Origin: a bacterium
GTDB lineage: Bacteria; Bacteroidota; Ignavibacteria; UBA10030
Assembly (NCBI GenBank): GCA_043803945.1
Contig: JAZDJN010000018.1
Coordinates: forward strand, 1-64,000
Direction of reading: 5' to 3'
DNA: 64,000 nucleotides
Position numbers and translations under genes: made by a program. Positions 1 through 9,597 of the stretch are shown here, one piece after another (position 1 is the first letter of the stretch; the number at the start of each line of letters is the position of its first letter). The notes under the pieces are model-generated. The model was given only the letters and a program-made list of their open reading frames with translations. It was not told the origin of the DNA and ran no database searches.

Positions 1-272
1 CATTCAGACCTTCCGAAGGTTATACCGAGGTCTCATAGAGCCTTCGGAAGGTTGCGCAGGTTCATTCAGACCTTCCGAAGGTTATACCGAGAGCCCATAG
101 AGCCTTCGGAAGGTTGCGCAGGTTCATTCAGACCTTCCGAAGGTTATACCGAGGTCTCATAGAGCCTTCGGAAGGTTGCGCAGGTTCATTCAGACCTTCC
201 GAAGGTTATACCGAGATCTCATAGAGCCTTCGGAAGGTTGCGCAGGTTCATTCAGACCTTCCGGAAGGTTCA
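1..272. repeat. Tandem array of about 4.4 copies of a 62-bp unit (cattcagaccttccgaaggttataccgag..catagagccttcggaaggttgcgcaggtt). Each unit contains the 11-nt inverted pair ccttccgaagg/ccttcggaagg, predicting a hairpin with a ~21-nt loop. The array starts at the window edge, so it may be longer.
   Basis: Direct reading: units at 1-62, 63-124, 125-186 and 187-248 are near-identical, with the few substitutions confined to the loop. The whole unit is conserved (there are no variable spacers), so this is not a CRISPR array. Confidence 0.9.
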
Positions 273-369
273 AACTTTTATCCTTTCTGTCTTGCAACTC
301 GATATTGTTCGCAGTAGATTTTCTCACCTCTGTAATTGGCGACCTTCCATCATATAAGGAGTAATCAGT

Positions 370-3300
370 ATGAACCGTTTGATCAATGCTTTACTGGTTT
401 TTTGCGGGATATCATTATCTCTCATCGCAGAAGAATCCCGCCTTCTCCGTCAACCGACCGTCAGCGCAACACAGATTGCCTTCGTGTATGCCAACGATAT
501 CTGGATTGTTGAACGCACAGGCGGTGTTGCACGGCGATTAACAACGTCCGAAGGAGCAGAAACCGAACCTCGTTTCTCTCCCGACGGCAAATGGATTGCC
601 TTCACCGGCCAGTACGACGGCAACACCGATGTCTATCTTCTCTCTGCATCCGGCGGCGACCCGAAACGATTAACCTTTCACCCGAGCGCCGATGTCGTCC
701 GTGGCTGGACACCGGATGGAAAGTCTGTAGTCTTCAGCTCAGGCCGGATAAGTGCACCGGTCGGATTTCCGCGCCTCTGGTCGATTCCTGTCGAGGGCGG
801 ATTTCCTCAGCCACTCCCCATGGAGAATGCCCATAAGATTACATTCTCGCAAGATGGAAAGCGCATTGCCTATCTTCCTTTTGCAGAAGCATTTAATGTG
901 TGGCGTCATTACCGCGGAGGCAGAACTTCACGTGTATGGATCCTCGATTTGAAAACTCTTGAGCTTGAAAAAATTCCTCGCGACAATAGCAACGACACCG
1001 ATCCGACCTGGATTGACACGATTGTCTATTTCCTCTCCGATCGAAATAGTACGATGAATCTCTTTTCCTACGATACCAAAACAAACCAGATCGGGCAACT
1101 GACACAGCATAAAGACTTCGATATTCGTTCAGCATCTGGTTGTGCCGATGCGATAGTCTACGAACAGGCAGGATGGATTCACCTCTTCGATCCTAAAACA
1201 AAATCTTCAAAGAGGGTTTCTATCACGGTGAATGCCGATCTCCCGTGGGCTCGGCCTCACTTTGTTAAAGTGGCATCGATGATAAGAAATTTTGAACTCT
1301 CGCCAACCGGCTCACGTGCAGTGTTCGAAGCACGGGGTGACATCTTTACTGTGCCCGCCGAAAAGGGTGATGTCCGGAACCTGACAAACAGTACCGGTGT
1401 GCACGACCGCAATCCTGCATGGTCACCCGATGGCAAATCCGTTGCCTGGTTCTCCGATCAGGAGGATGAATACCAATTGATGATCGGTGAACAATCCGGA
1501 TTGACACCTCCGAAAGTCATCAAACTCGGCAAGGCGGGTTTCTATTATAATCCCCGCTGGTCTCCGGACTCGAAAAAAATCACGTTCACCGATAATCATC
1601 TGACACTCTGGTATCTCGATGTCGAAGATGGAAAACCTATTAAGATCGATGCCGACACCTACGACCACCCGCAGCGGACACTCGATGCAACCTGGTCGCA
1701 CGATTCGAAGTGGCTGACCTACAGCAAGCGCCTCGACAATCATATGCATGCTATCTTCGTCTATTCTCTTGCAGAGAAGAAGGTAACGCAGATTTCCGAC
1801 GGATTGTCCGATGCAATTTCTCCGGCATTCGACAAGAGCGGAAAATATCTCTACTTCCTCGCCAGTACGAACTTTGCACAAAACACCGGTTGGCTCGATA
1901 TGATGTCGTACGACCGGCCTGTCACACGAAGCGTCTATCTTACAGTGCTGGCAAAGGATACACTGTCGCCTTTTGCACCCGAGAGCGATGAGGAAAAGAT
2001 CGAATCCAAAGATACCACAGCCGTAAAGAAGGACGATGCAAAGGATAAGAAAGAGAAAAAGGATGCTGCTGCATCGAAAGATCTCAAGATCGATTTCGAT
2101 GGACTGGATCAGCGTATTCTTGCCGTCGAGAAAATTCAATCGCGCAACTATGTGGCGCTCGATGCAGCCGAAGGAATGATCTACTACCTCGAAAGTATAT
2201 CGAACCAAACCGGTCTGACGCTCCACTTCTTCGATCTGAAAAAACGGGAAGCAACTCAGATGTTGGCGGGAGTGAACGGCTTTGCAATTTCGTCGAACGG
2301 CAAGAAGCTTCTTTATGCCGCGTCCGGCAATACGTACGGCATTGTCGATGCAACGAAAGCGGCAAAGGTTGGAGACGGAAAGCTCAAGGTCGATATTATG
2401 GAGATGAAGATCGACCCGCGGGCAGAGTGGGCACAGATGTTCGCTGAAGCATGGCGCATCAACCGGGATTACTTTTACGATCCGAACATGCATGGTGCCG
2501 ACTGGAAATCGATCAAAGAGAAGTACGAACCGTGGGTGAAGTATGCCGGCCATCGTTCTGACCTTTCGTACATTCTTGCTCATATGATGGGCGAGCTCGT
2601 TGTCGGCCACAGCTACATTCAGGGCGGCGACGCACCCGCACCGCCTCAGGTGCAGGTTGGATTACTCGGGGCGGATTATGCCATTGAAGGGGACTACTAT
2701 AAAATAGCGACCATTTACACAGGTGAGAATTGGAATCCCGATCTTCGCGCACCGTTGACTGAACCCGGAAGCACGGTTACCGTCGGCGAATACATTCTTG
2801 CCGTGAACGGCAAACCGCTGAAAGTGCTTATGAACATTTATAGTTTGTTCGAAGGCACAGCCGGAAAACAAACGGTGCTCCTTGTCAATACTAAAGCGAG
2901 CGAGCAGGGTGCACGCAAGGTCACAGTAGTTCCCGTCTCAAGTGAAAACGGATTGCGCCAGCGTGCATGGATAGAGGGAAACCGACGAAAGGTTGATGAA
3001 CTTTCCAAGGGCCGGCTTGCCTATGTCTATCTGCCGAACACCGCGGGAGCCGGCTATACTAACTTCAATCGCTACTACTACACACAGATGCATAAAGAGG
3101 GCGCCGTCATCGATGAGCGTTACAACGGCGGCGGCTCGGCTGCAGATTACATGGTGGATATGATGAACCGGCCGTTGTTGAACTACTGGGCAACACGCGA
3201 CGGAAAGAATTTCCAGACACCCACCGCGGCAATCAATGGGCCAAAGGTTATGATTATTAATGAGCATGCTGGTTCGGGCGGCGATGCATTGCCGTACTAT

Positions 3301-3618
3301 TTCCGCGACCGGAAACTTGGGCCATTGGTTGGAACAAGAACGTGGGGCGGATTGGTTGGCATCTATGATTATCCCGTTCTCATCGATGGCGGAGCGGTGA
3401 CGGCACCACGCGTCGCCTTCTTCGAAAAGAACGGAAAGTGGGCGGTGGAGAATGAAGGCGTTCCTCCCGATGTCGAGGTAGAGCAATTACCCAAAGAAAC
3501 GGCTGGCGGGAAAGATCCACAACTCGAGCGGGCGGTCGCCGAAGCCTTAAAGCTTCTTGAAAAGAATCCGCTGAAGAAAATGGACCATGAGGCGTACCCG
3601 AAGCGGGTGAAGCAGTAA
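370..3618 (+). CDS. Tricorn protease homologue: N-terminal signal peptide, beta-propeller (TolB-like) domains, PDZ-like region and a C-terminal S41-type peptidase domain.
   Basis: 1082-aa ORF starting with ATG, preceded by aggag. The size, the N-terminal beta-propeller-like sequence (SPDGKWIAF) and the overall layout fit the tricorn protease family. Confidence 0.75.
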   Translation: MNRLINALLVFCGISLSLIAEESRLLRQPTVSATQIAFVYANDIWIVERTGGVARRLTTSEGAETEPRFSPDGKWIAFTGQYDGNTDVYLLSASGGDPKRLTFHPSADVVRGWTPDGKSVVFSSGRISAPVGFPRLWSIPVEGGFPQPLPMENAHKITFSQDGKRIAYLPFAEAFNVWRHYRGGRTSRVWILDLKTLELEKIPRDNSNDTDPTWIDTIVYFLSDRNSTMNLFSYDTKTNQIGQLTQHKDFDIRSASGCADAIVYEQAGWIHLFDPKTKSSKRVSITVNADLPWARPHFVKVASMIRNFELSPTGSRAVFEARGDIFTVPAEKGDVRNLTNSTGVHDRNPAWSPDGKSVAWFSDQEDEYQLMIGEQSGLTPPKVIKLGKAGFYYNPRWSPDSKKITFTDNHLTLWYLDVEDGKPIKIDADTYDHPQRTLDATWSHDSKWLTYSKRLDNHMHAIFVYSLAEKKVTQISDGLSDAISPAFDKSGKYLYFLASTNFAQNTGWLDMMSYDRPVTRSVYLTVLAKDTLSPFAPESDEEKIESKDTTAVKKDDAKDKKEKKDAAASKDLKIDFDGLDQRILAVEKIQSRNYVALDAAEGMIYYLESISNQTGLTLHFFDLKKREATQMLAGVNGFAISSNGKKLLYAASGNTYGIVDATKAAKVGDGKLKVDIMEMKIDPRAEWAQMFAEAWRINRDYFYDPNMHGADWKSIKEKYEPWVKYAGHRSDLSYILAHMMGELVVGHSYIQGGDAPAPPQVQVGLLGADYAIEGDYYKIATIYTGENWNPDLRAPLTEPGSTVTVGEYILAVNGKPLKVLMNIYSLFEGTAGKQTVLLVNTKASEQGARKVTVVPVSSENGLRQRAWIEGNRRKVDELSKGRLAYVYLPNTAGAGYTNFNRYYYTQMHKEGAVIDERYNGGGSAADYMVDMMNRPLLNYWATRDGKNFQTPTAAINGPKVMIINEHAGSGGDALPYYFRDRKLGPLVGTRTWGGLVGIYDYPVLIDGGAVTAPRVAFFEKNGKWAVENEGVPPDVEVEQLPKETAGGKDPQLERAVAEALKLLEKNPLKKMDHEAYPKRVKQ

Positions 3619-3626
3619 AGAAGGGG

Positions 3627-3680
3627 AGATCTTCCGAAGGTTATATAGAGACCTCATTGAGCCTTCGGAAGGTCTATCAG
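3627..3680. repeat. Single copy of the 62-bp hairpin repeat family (cttccgaaggttatatagagacctcattgagccttcggaaggt). It lies between the convergent 3' ends of the tricorn gene and the 527-aa membrane-protein gene, and overlaps the last 9 codons of the latter.
   Basis: Sequence identity to the unit of the array at 1-272. The inverted 11-mers are present. Confidence 0.85.
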
Positions 3681-5237
3681 TTCTTCTTCTTCTGATGTAA
3701 TCTTCATTCCGGGCAACACCAACATTGATAAGGCCAGGGAAAGGAATGGGTAGAAAATATCGATGAGAACATTCTGAGAGAAGAGATAGATGCTGGCCGC
3801 CAGAACAACAAGTCCCAGCACGAACATGAGGAACAGTGAGACCGCCTGTCTCAATCGCCAGACGATCAGTGCCGACAAACCGATGCACAGCAATGAAAGC
3901 CAGATGGAGCTGCTTTCGACAACCGTAAGAACATCGTTGTGCAGTAAAAAGGCCAGAGTTTTTGCATAAGCCCACGTTAGAAGATATCCTCGCTCTCTTG
4001 CCATGCCAAGATAATTCCAGTCGATCAGGATTATTTTGCCGCGATAAATCTCCGGTGTAATGTTTTCTATTGAAAACTCCTCCCAGCGCGAATCACGAAA
4101 ATGAAGTGTGTCCGAATTGAAATCCCTATATGCACTTATTGGTGAGAGGAGATACCACCAATCGACCCGGATTTCTCTCGGAAGATAGAGCCATCCATCG
4201 TGCGTTACCGGGAATTGATATGTTCCCAGAACAACATAATTGCCGCGCCGTCGTGCCTGCATGGTATCGGGATATCCATAATGCTTTTTAAGCAATTCCA
4301 CAGTTGCATCCGGGAGCTGATATTCCTCTTCATTGCCGGCACCCCATGCAACCCTATTGCCCGTTGGTTTTATCCGCATCAGCATCGATCTTGTTCCAAT
4401 ATCTTCAATCGACATTGAGTACATGCTCATTGGGATGTGCTTTGGGTCCACTGTATCCTCCTGAGCGATAAATGCATACGAGTAAGGATCCTGGAAAGTA
4501 AACACAGTGATTCCGAGTTGAGCCAGCCTGGCAAGTTTCGGACGCAATTTGTAGTGCATATCGCTGATATCGATTAGGATTGCTGTTGCACCGACCTCTT
4601 TCATTTTTTTTGCAATGCGGTAACAATCATCCAGATACTGCTTTTGATCATTGTTCACGGTATGGAGACCAAACCGCACTACCGGAATAGTATCTTTCCT
4701 GACCGTCGTTTTCTGTGCCTGCCCGCTTTTAAATCCCAGAGCAGTCTTTACTCCTTTTATCCCGCGTTCAACGGTTCGCTGGGTCTTTTCAATGAGGGCT
4801 GCTTCATTAAGCCTGCTGCTGATTTTCCAGCGATCCACCAGGTTTAAGCCCCCCATGAAAAGCATGAAGAGAGAGACGATGAATACGCCAATGACTATGC
4901 GAACACCGCTTCGCTGCATGCTCTGGAAATAAGCAGTCCGCACTGTGGCGGCTAATGATCCCTCATTGTTACTAAGCAAGTATTCAAGAACGCTCGGCAG
5001 TTTCTTTCGATGAACAAGAAGAGTTATGGCTATCGTAAGAAGCGGAAGAAAACAGATAAGCGAGAGAATCCAGAACGTCCATGGAATCCAGACATAATTG
5101 ATTTCATAGATACCATAGAAATCTCTGTGCGTCTCGATCATGGAATATTGATTTGTGAGAATAGCCATCAGAGCGAAGAATAACGCAAACAAAAAATATC
5201 TTCTTGCTCTCGTTCGAATATTCCTTTCCAGAGTCAT
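3654..5237 (-). CDS. Integral membrane protein with three N-terminal TM helices, a ~300-aa extracytoplasmic domain and three C-terminal TM helices. This is a CHASE2-like sensor topology with no output domain. It is the third gene of ECF sigma/anti-sigma module 1.
   Basis: 527-aa ORF lying 12 bp downstream of the anti-sigma gene. Hydrophobic segments are visible at both ends. It is a paralogue of the 518-aa ORF at 6942-8498. The CHASE2 assignment rests on topology and weak motif resemblance only. Confidence 0.5.
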   Translation of the reverse strand: MTLERNIRTRARRYFLFALFFALMAILTNQYSMIETHRDFYGIYEINYVWIPWTFWILSLICFLPLLTIAITLLVHRKKLPSVLEYLLSNNEGSLAATVRTAYFQSMQRSGVRIVIGVFIVSLFMLFMGGLNLVDRWKISSRLNEAALIEKTQRTVERGIKGVKTALGFKSGQAQKTTVRKDTIPVVRFGLHTVNNDQKQYLDDCYRIAKKMKEVGATAILIDISDMHYKLRPKLARLAQLGITVFTFQDPYSYAFIAQEDTVDPKHIPMSMYSMSIEDIGTRSMLMRIKPTGNRVAWGAGNEEEYQLPDATVELLKKHYGYPDTMQARRRGNYVVLGTYQFPVTHDGWLYLPREIRVDWWYLLSPISAYRDFNSDTLHFRDSRWEEFSIENITPEIYRGKIILIDWNYLGMARERGYLLTWAYAKTLAFLLHNDVLTVVESSSIWLSLLCIGLSALIVWRLRQAVSLFLMFVLGLVVLAASIYLFSQNVLIDIFYPFLSLALSMLVLPGMKITSEEEELIDLPKAQ

Positions 5238-5248
5238 CGCATATCCTC

Positions 5249-5698
5249 CTATTGAAGAAAGTGCTGCTGCCGATAAAGCATTTCATCATACTGCTGGCGG
5301 TCGACCTGTGACTGCTCTTGTTGATTTGTCGAAGCAAGCATTCCACCAACGAGAAACATCAGTAATAAGACAATGACCGAAGGCAGGGACACAGGGATCA
5401 TGCGGTCCCATGGTGGCCGTTGATACTGTGTAGGTCTTGATTCCTTCATCGCCCGAAGATGTCCCGGAATCTGTGTGTCGGTTGCCCAGAGCTGCCGGAA
5501 CACCTTCTCATCGACTTGCTCAGATAATGGAAGGGGTTTCCATGCCGCTGTTGCAACGCGGGTTTTGTTTGTTGAGCTATAGAATGTCCTGCACGCCTCG
5601 CATTGTGCAAGATGAGCAAACACCTCGGCATACCGTTGCTTACCAAGCCGGTTGTCAAATAGCGTGCTGATTTCCTGTTGATATGATTCACATGTCAT
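5249..5698 (-). CDS. Anti-sigma factor with an N-terminal zf-HC2 motif (HLAQCEAC) and a single C-terminal TM helix.
   Basis: 149 aa. The H-x3-C-x2-C motif and a hydrophobic helix (SLPSVIVLLLMFLVGGML) are present, and it sits directly downstream of an ECF sigma gene. Confidence 0.7.
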   Translation of the reverse strand: MTCESYQQEISTLFDNRLGKQRYAEVFAHLAQCEACRTFYSSTNKTRVATAAWKPLPLSEQVDEKVFRQLWATDTQIPGHLRAMKESRPTQYQRPPWDRMIPVSLPSVIVLLLMFLVGGMLASTNQQEQSQVDRQQYDEMLYRQQHFLQ

Positions 5699-5882
5699 AA
5701 ACTCACCTTTTGGTTTTGCGAACTAAGAAGAAGACAGATAAACCGCCCTGCCCGCCGCAAGCGGTGCGCAGGCAGGCAAGGGCGCCAAAACGCTAAATAT
5801 TCTTTTAAACTATCTGAGATTAAATATTTCATATACCTTCGTGTCTTGGCGTTCTTGGCGGCTCATTCTTTATCCTAGGCTC

Positions 5883-6422
5883 TCAATCTTTATAATACGT
5901 TAAAATCTTCTTCGCCAATTCTTTGCGTGCACGGAAGATGCGCGACTCCACAGCGCTGACGGAAACACCGGTGATCCCTGCAATCTCTTCGTACGACAAT
6001 CGCTCATATTCCAGCAGGTGTAATACTTCGCGATGTTCCGCTTTCAACCGGGTCAACATGACCTGCACCAATTCAATTTCCTCGGTGTGGACAAGTTGTT
6101 CATGAGGCGTCTCTTCATCGATAACCTCTACATCGTCAAGTGAACCGTTGCCTCTCTTTCGCCGTAACTGCGAGTAGACCTCGTTGCGGGCAATAGCATA
6201 GAGCCATCCCTTAACAGCCGCACAGTTGTGCAGTTGATCGAGTGAAGTAAGGAATTTCAAAAAAGTTGTCTGCACGGCATCCTCCGCACTCTCAACACAC
6301 TGGAGCAAACGGAGAGCGTAGTGATAGATTGCCTGTTTATGCCGGTTGTACAACTCGGCGGCAGCGCGGACATCGTGTTGCTGCGCTTTCAGTACAAGTT
6401 CACTATCGGTTGATTCTTGCAT
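5883..6422 (-). CDS. RNA polymerase ECF-type sigma-70 factor (module 1).
   Basis: 179 aa. Sigma-70 region 2 (YLYAIARNEVYSQLRR-like) and region 4 HTH (LSYEEIAGITGVSVSAVESRIFRARKEL) are recognisable. Confidence 0.85.
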   Translation of the reverse strand: MQESTDSELVLKAQQHDVRAAAELYNRHKQAIYHYALRLLQCVESAEDAVQTTFLKFLTSLDQLHNCAAVKGWLYAIARNEVYSQLRRKRGNGSLDDVEVIDEETPHEQLVHTEEIELVQVMLTRLKAEHREVLHLLEYERLSYEEIAGITGVSVSAVESRIFRARKELAKKILTYYKD

Positions 6423-6654
6423 ACGGAATGTTGCTCTTCTTGAAAAAGATCAATCCCGCACTGTCGGTAAACCGCTGAAGGTATCATAGGAACGCCGACT
6501 CTCCTTAAGCCCCTTTCTACTAAAGACGCCCGAAGGGAGAGAAACTTGCAGGAACGTAGGAAAAAATGTGAAGGAATGATAGGAAGAGCGTAGGAGAGTA
6601 AGAGAGTGAGAGGGTATGATGGGGAGGGTGGGTGGAGACAGCGAGACGGGGAGA

Positions 6655-6800
6655 AGGGGAGCTCGACCTTCGGAAGATTCTTCAGATTCATTCAGACCTT
6701 CCGAAGGTTATACCGAGACCTCTTAGAGCCTTCGGAAGGTTCAAGCATCTAGACCTTCCGAAGGTTATACCGAGACCTTTTAGAGCCTTCGGAAGGTTCA
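6655..6800. repeat. Two further tandem copies of the 62-bp hairpin repeat family, in the intergenic/5' leader region of the module-1 sigma gene.
   Basis: ccttccgaaggttataccgagacctcttagagccttcggaagg appears twice, with 10-20 bp variable linkers. Confidence 0.85.
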
Positions 6801-6846
6801 CTTTTGCTCGCACTCCTGTTCTCTGCAATCTGCCTTCTGCTGTCCG

Positions 6847-6950
6847 ATTAACAAGGGTGTCAGGAACCACTTCCTGACGCATCTATCGAAAATCCATTCC
6901 GGTCTACAAGCAGACTTTTCTTTCAATCTAAGTCAATCCGCTTAAGTATC
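6847..6950 (-). promoter_or_regulatory. Copy 1 of a ~105-bp direct repeat ('S' element) shared with 9598-9705. In gene orientation it contains GGAAG/GGAAC-N16-TTGTTAAT, a possible ECF-type promoter, plus the hairpin gtcaggaa-ccac-ttcctgac. It lies upstream of module 1, separated from the sigma gene by the 62-bp repeats.
   Basis: About 80% identity between the two copies over ~105 bp. Both copies sit 5' of an ECF sigma gene on the same strand. Confidence 0.35.
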
Positions 6951-8498
6951 GGCGCTGAAATAATTCCCTCCACTCCACAGATGTACATACTTCACAACAG
7001 AAAATAGCGGCAAAGAAATGATGACGGCAAGAAGGGGAAGCGTCATATCAATGAGGTAATTATTATTATAGAAAAGGTACGCCCCGCCGGAGAGAAGGAG
7101 AAGCGCAAGGGCAACAACCGAGAGTGAAGCAAGAAGGAAACGGAGATAGTATACCAACAATGCTGTGGCAAGAATACAAATTGCCATGACCCAATACGGT
7201 GTTTTTTCTGCAATAGTAATAAGCTTACCGCCAAGAATACTTTCAACCGCTTCCACATAACTGTATTTTCCCCCCCATCCTGAATACACATTTGAACGCG
7301 CTTCTTCTAAAAAAACGATCTTTCCCTGATACCGTTGCTCGTTATATCCCATTCGTAACCGCAATGGATCTTTTATGTACTCTTTCTGATTCTCTGCATC
7401 AATAACATTGTTTTTCTTTGTTGATGGCCTTATTTCCGCTTGAACAACAGAATGAAAGGCATCGTACTCGCTCAAGGGTGAAAAACTAGCCCGATAATAT
7501 ACTCGTTGATCTTTGGTAAGGGGCAAGACAACGTTGCCAAAGATGATCGCGTTATCTTTGCGGATGAGCGTTACCGTATCGGCATAGGATAAGTGTTTTC
7601 TGAGTAATTCAATTGCAATGTCTGGAACAGGTGCATCTCTCCTTCTTTCCCATTCCGTTGTCAATTCAAATGAAGACCGTATACTTTGCGGCACTCCAAA
7701 CGGTTGAATGCAGCTCAATGAATTACTCCAGCCGAGTTCACGAATCGGAATTGTCTTTGCCGCCATTGGAAGTGGTATCACTTTTCCAAGCGAATCAAGA
7801 AATAATAGTTTAGATCCATAATTCAATCCAAACACAACAATGCCCGTTTTAGCCAAATCCTTCATCAAGCGTATCCTCTCACCACGCATTTCTTCCGCTT
7901 GAATGAGTACTGCTTTCACTCCTATTTCTTTCAAAGCCAGAACTGCTGCAAGGTATGCTGCGTGATATTGCTCTTGGTCAAGACCGGCTGAAAAAATTGG
8001 TGCTACTTCGACTAAGCGTTGCTGGTTTTGATGTATTGCTTTCTTTTTCACGACTGACAGTAGTCTGTAGATATCGGCATTGGGAATTCGAAGATTGATG
8101 AAGCCAATTTGAACAATGGAACCCGCAATGAAGATCGCAGCTAAACCGGCAAAGGCAAGTTGAACACTTAGGCGGCTCAGATATGTAGAGATAGCATTTT
8201 GATAAGCGGTGACCTTTCTTTGGAAGCCTTCCTGGAAAAAACCCTCTAATGCCTCTGGTAATATTTTTCTCTCGTGCAGCACCGAGAGAAGCGTTCGAAT
8301 TACCGGCAGGAAACATACTATGGAGAACACAATAAAAACAACCGGCATCCACGAAATATTTGTCCTGACAGTTACTGGGAATGTACTTGTCCGGATGACA
8401 GAAACGTTAATTGTTAGAATTGCCAGTATCCAAAAGAAAAGAGTCAGCACAATGCAGAGAAGGAGAGCGCTTGTCGATAATTTGTTTTTTTGTTCCAT
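6942..8498 (-). CDS. Integral membrane protein, paralogue of 3654-5237 (3TM–loop domain–3TM, CHASE2-like topology). Third gene of ECF module 2.
   Basis: 518-aa ORF lying 14 bp downstream of the anti-sigma gene, with the same architecture as the 527-aa protein. Confidence 0.5.
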   Translation of the reverse strand: MEQKNKLSTSALLLCIVLTLFFWILAILTINVSVIRTSTFPVTVRTNISWMPVVFIVFSIVCFLPVIRTLLSVLHERKILPEALEGFFQEGFQRKVTAYQNAISTYLSRLSVQLAFAGLAAIFIAGSIVQIGFINLRIPNADIYRLLSVVKKKAIHQNQQRLVEVAPIFSAGLDQEQYHAAYLAAVLALKEIGVKAVLIQAEEMRGERIRLMKDLAKTGIVVFGLNYGSKLLFLDSLGKVIPLPMAAKTIPIRELGWSNSLSCIQPFGVPQSIRSSFELTTEWERRRDAPVPDIAIELLRKHLSYADTVTLIRKDNAIIFGNVVLPLTKDQRVYYRASFSPLSEYDAFHSVVQAEIRPSTKKNNVIDAENQKEYIKDPLRLRMGYNEQRYQGKIVFLEEARSNVYSGWGGKYSYVEAVESILGGKLITIAEKTPYWVMAICILATALLVYYLRFLLASLSVVALALLLLSGGAYLFYNNNYLIDMTLPLLAVIISLPLFSVVKYVHLWSGGNYFSADT

Positions 8499-8511
8499 AT
8501 CAATCTCCTGG

Positions 8512-8928
8512 TTACTGGGTCTGTTGGCTTAACCCAACAGCATCCGACGAAGATGATTCTACTGATGATACCGTGGAAGAGAACAACACACCAAAGAACA
8601 GCACAAGAATGAATGCTATCGCTCCGTCAATTATACGTTGCGGAAAGCTCTGCCTTGATCTTATGGGGACACGATCTCCCTGAATTCGTTTTCCCTCTGC
8701 AGAAAGACGTGCCTGACTCATAATTTTTTCATCCAGGTCGCTCGATAGAGAGGAAACGGAAAGTGTAAGCAAATCCTTCCGCAACTGGAGCATCGACCGC
8801 AGGAAGTACCGGCAGTCTTTACATTGTTCTCCATGAGCAAGGACTTGAACTACTTCCTCGTCTTGCAGTTCATTATCGAGAAACTGGCTGCTCAATTCTT
8901 TAACTATCTCACAATTCATTGCTCTCAC
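8512..8928 (-). CDS. Anti-sigma factor, zf-HC2 (HGEQCKDC), with a C-terminal TM helix.
   Basis: 138 aa. The motif and a hydrophobic helix are present. It overlaps the 3' end of sigma gene 2 by 20 bp. Confidence 0.7.
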   Translation of the reverse strand: MRAMNCEIVKELSSQFLDNELQDEEVVQVLAHGEQCKDCRYFLRSMLQLRKDLLTLSVSSLSSDLDEKIMSQARLSAEGKRIQGDRVPIRSRQSFPQRIIDGAIAFILVLFFGVLFSSTVSSVESSSSDAVGLSQQTQ

Positions 8929-9475
8929 CTCGTATGCAGTACTGTTGTGTATAATGTTTTATTAAAGCCCGTCGTGCTTTGAAAACCCGTGACTTTACGG
9001 AACTCTCCGTATCTCCTGTAACAACTGCAATCTCGGCGTAGGACATTCCCTCATACTCACAGAGAATCAACACTTCGCGATATTTTGGCAACAATGAGTC
9101 GAGAAGGAGTTGAAGAATCTCCTTTTTTTCTTTTTCCATCACATTTTCTAATGGTGTTTGTAGATTCAAAAACTCTCCTGAGTCTTCATCGAATTCTCGC
9201 TTTACATGTTCTTTCTGCATGTGTTTATACGCTTCATTCCTTGCTACAGAAAATATCCATGCTCGAAAAGATGTTGGTGAGAGAATATCCAATGCCGATT
9301 GATAGGTTTTCAGAAAGGTGTCCTGCACAATATCTTCTGCTATGGTTCGATCTTTGACCAGCCGATAAGCAAACGCATGAATCCGATCTTTATAGCGTCT
9401 ATAGAGGCTTTCAAAAGCGCTGGTACTTCTATTTTGGATTAATGCAAGAAGCTGCTCATCGGAAAGTGACGGCAC
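8909..9475 (-). CDS. RNA polymerase ECF-type sigma-70 factor (module 2).
   Basis: 188 aa. Region 2 (IFSVARNEAYKHMQK) and region 4 (MSYAEIAVVTGDTESSVKSRVFKARRAL) are recognisable. Confidence 0.85.
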   Translation of the reverse strand: MPSLSDEQLLALIQNRSTSAFESLYRRYKDRIHAFAYRLVKDRTIAEDIVQDTFLKTYQSALDILSPTSFRAWIFSVARNEAYKHMQKEHVKREFDEDSGEFLNLQTPLENVMEKEKKEILQLLLDSLLPKYREVLILCEYEGMSYAEIAVVTGDTESSVKSRVFKARRALIKHYTQQYCIRGESNEL

Positions 9476-9597
9476 AGAATCTCCTCAGTATCTTGTGATC
9501 CTTTGCACGGATAATGTCCATAACGATCCAGAAACATTCAACTGCTCCCGTAATCTCTGTTTACAAGATAGATCGATGAGACAAGAAAAAGTTGCTC

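Noticed and set aside
1-272. Possible CRISPR array at the window start
   Set aside because: The whole 62-bp unit is repeated, including the interval that would be the spacer. The period is too long for a CRISPR repeat, and no cas genes are nearby.
1423-2610. 395-aa minus-strand ORF inside the tricorn protease gene
   Set aside because: It is antisense to a well-supported 1082-aa gene, Cys/Arg-rich, with no start context. It is a typical shadow ORF.
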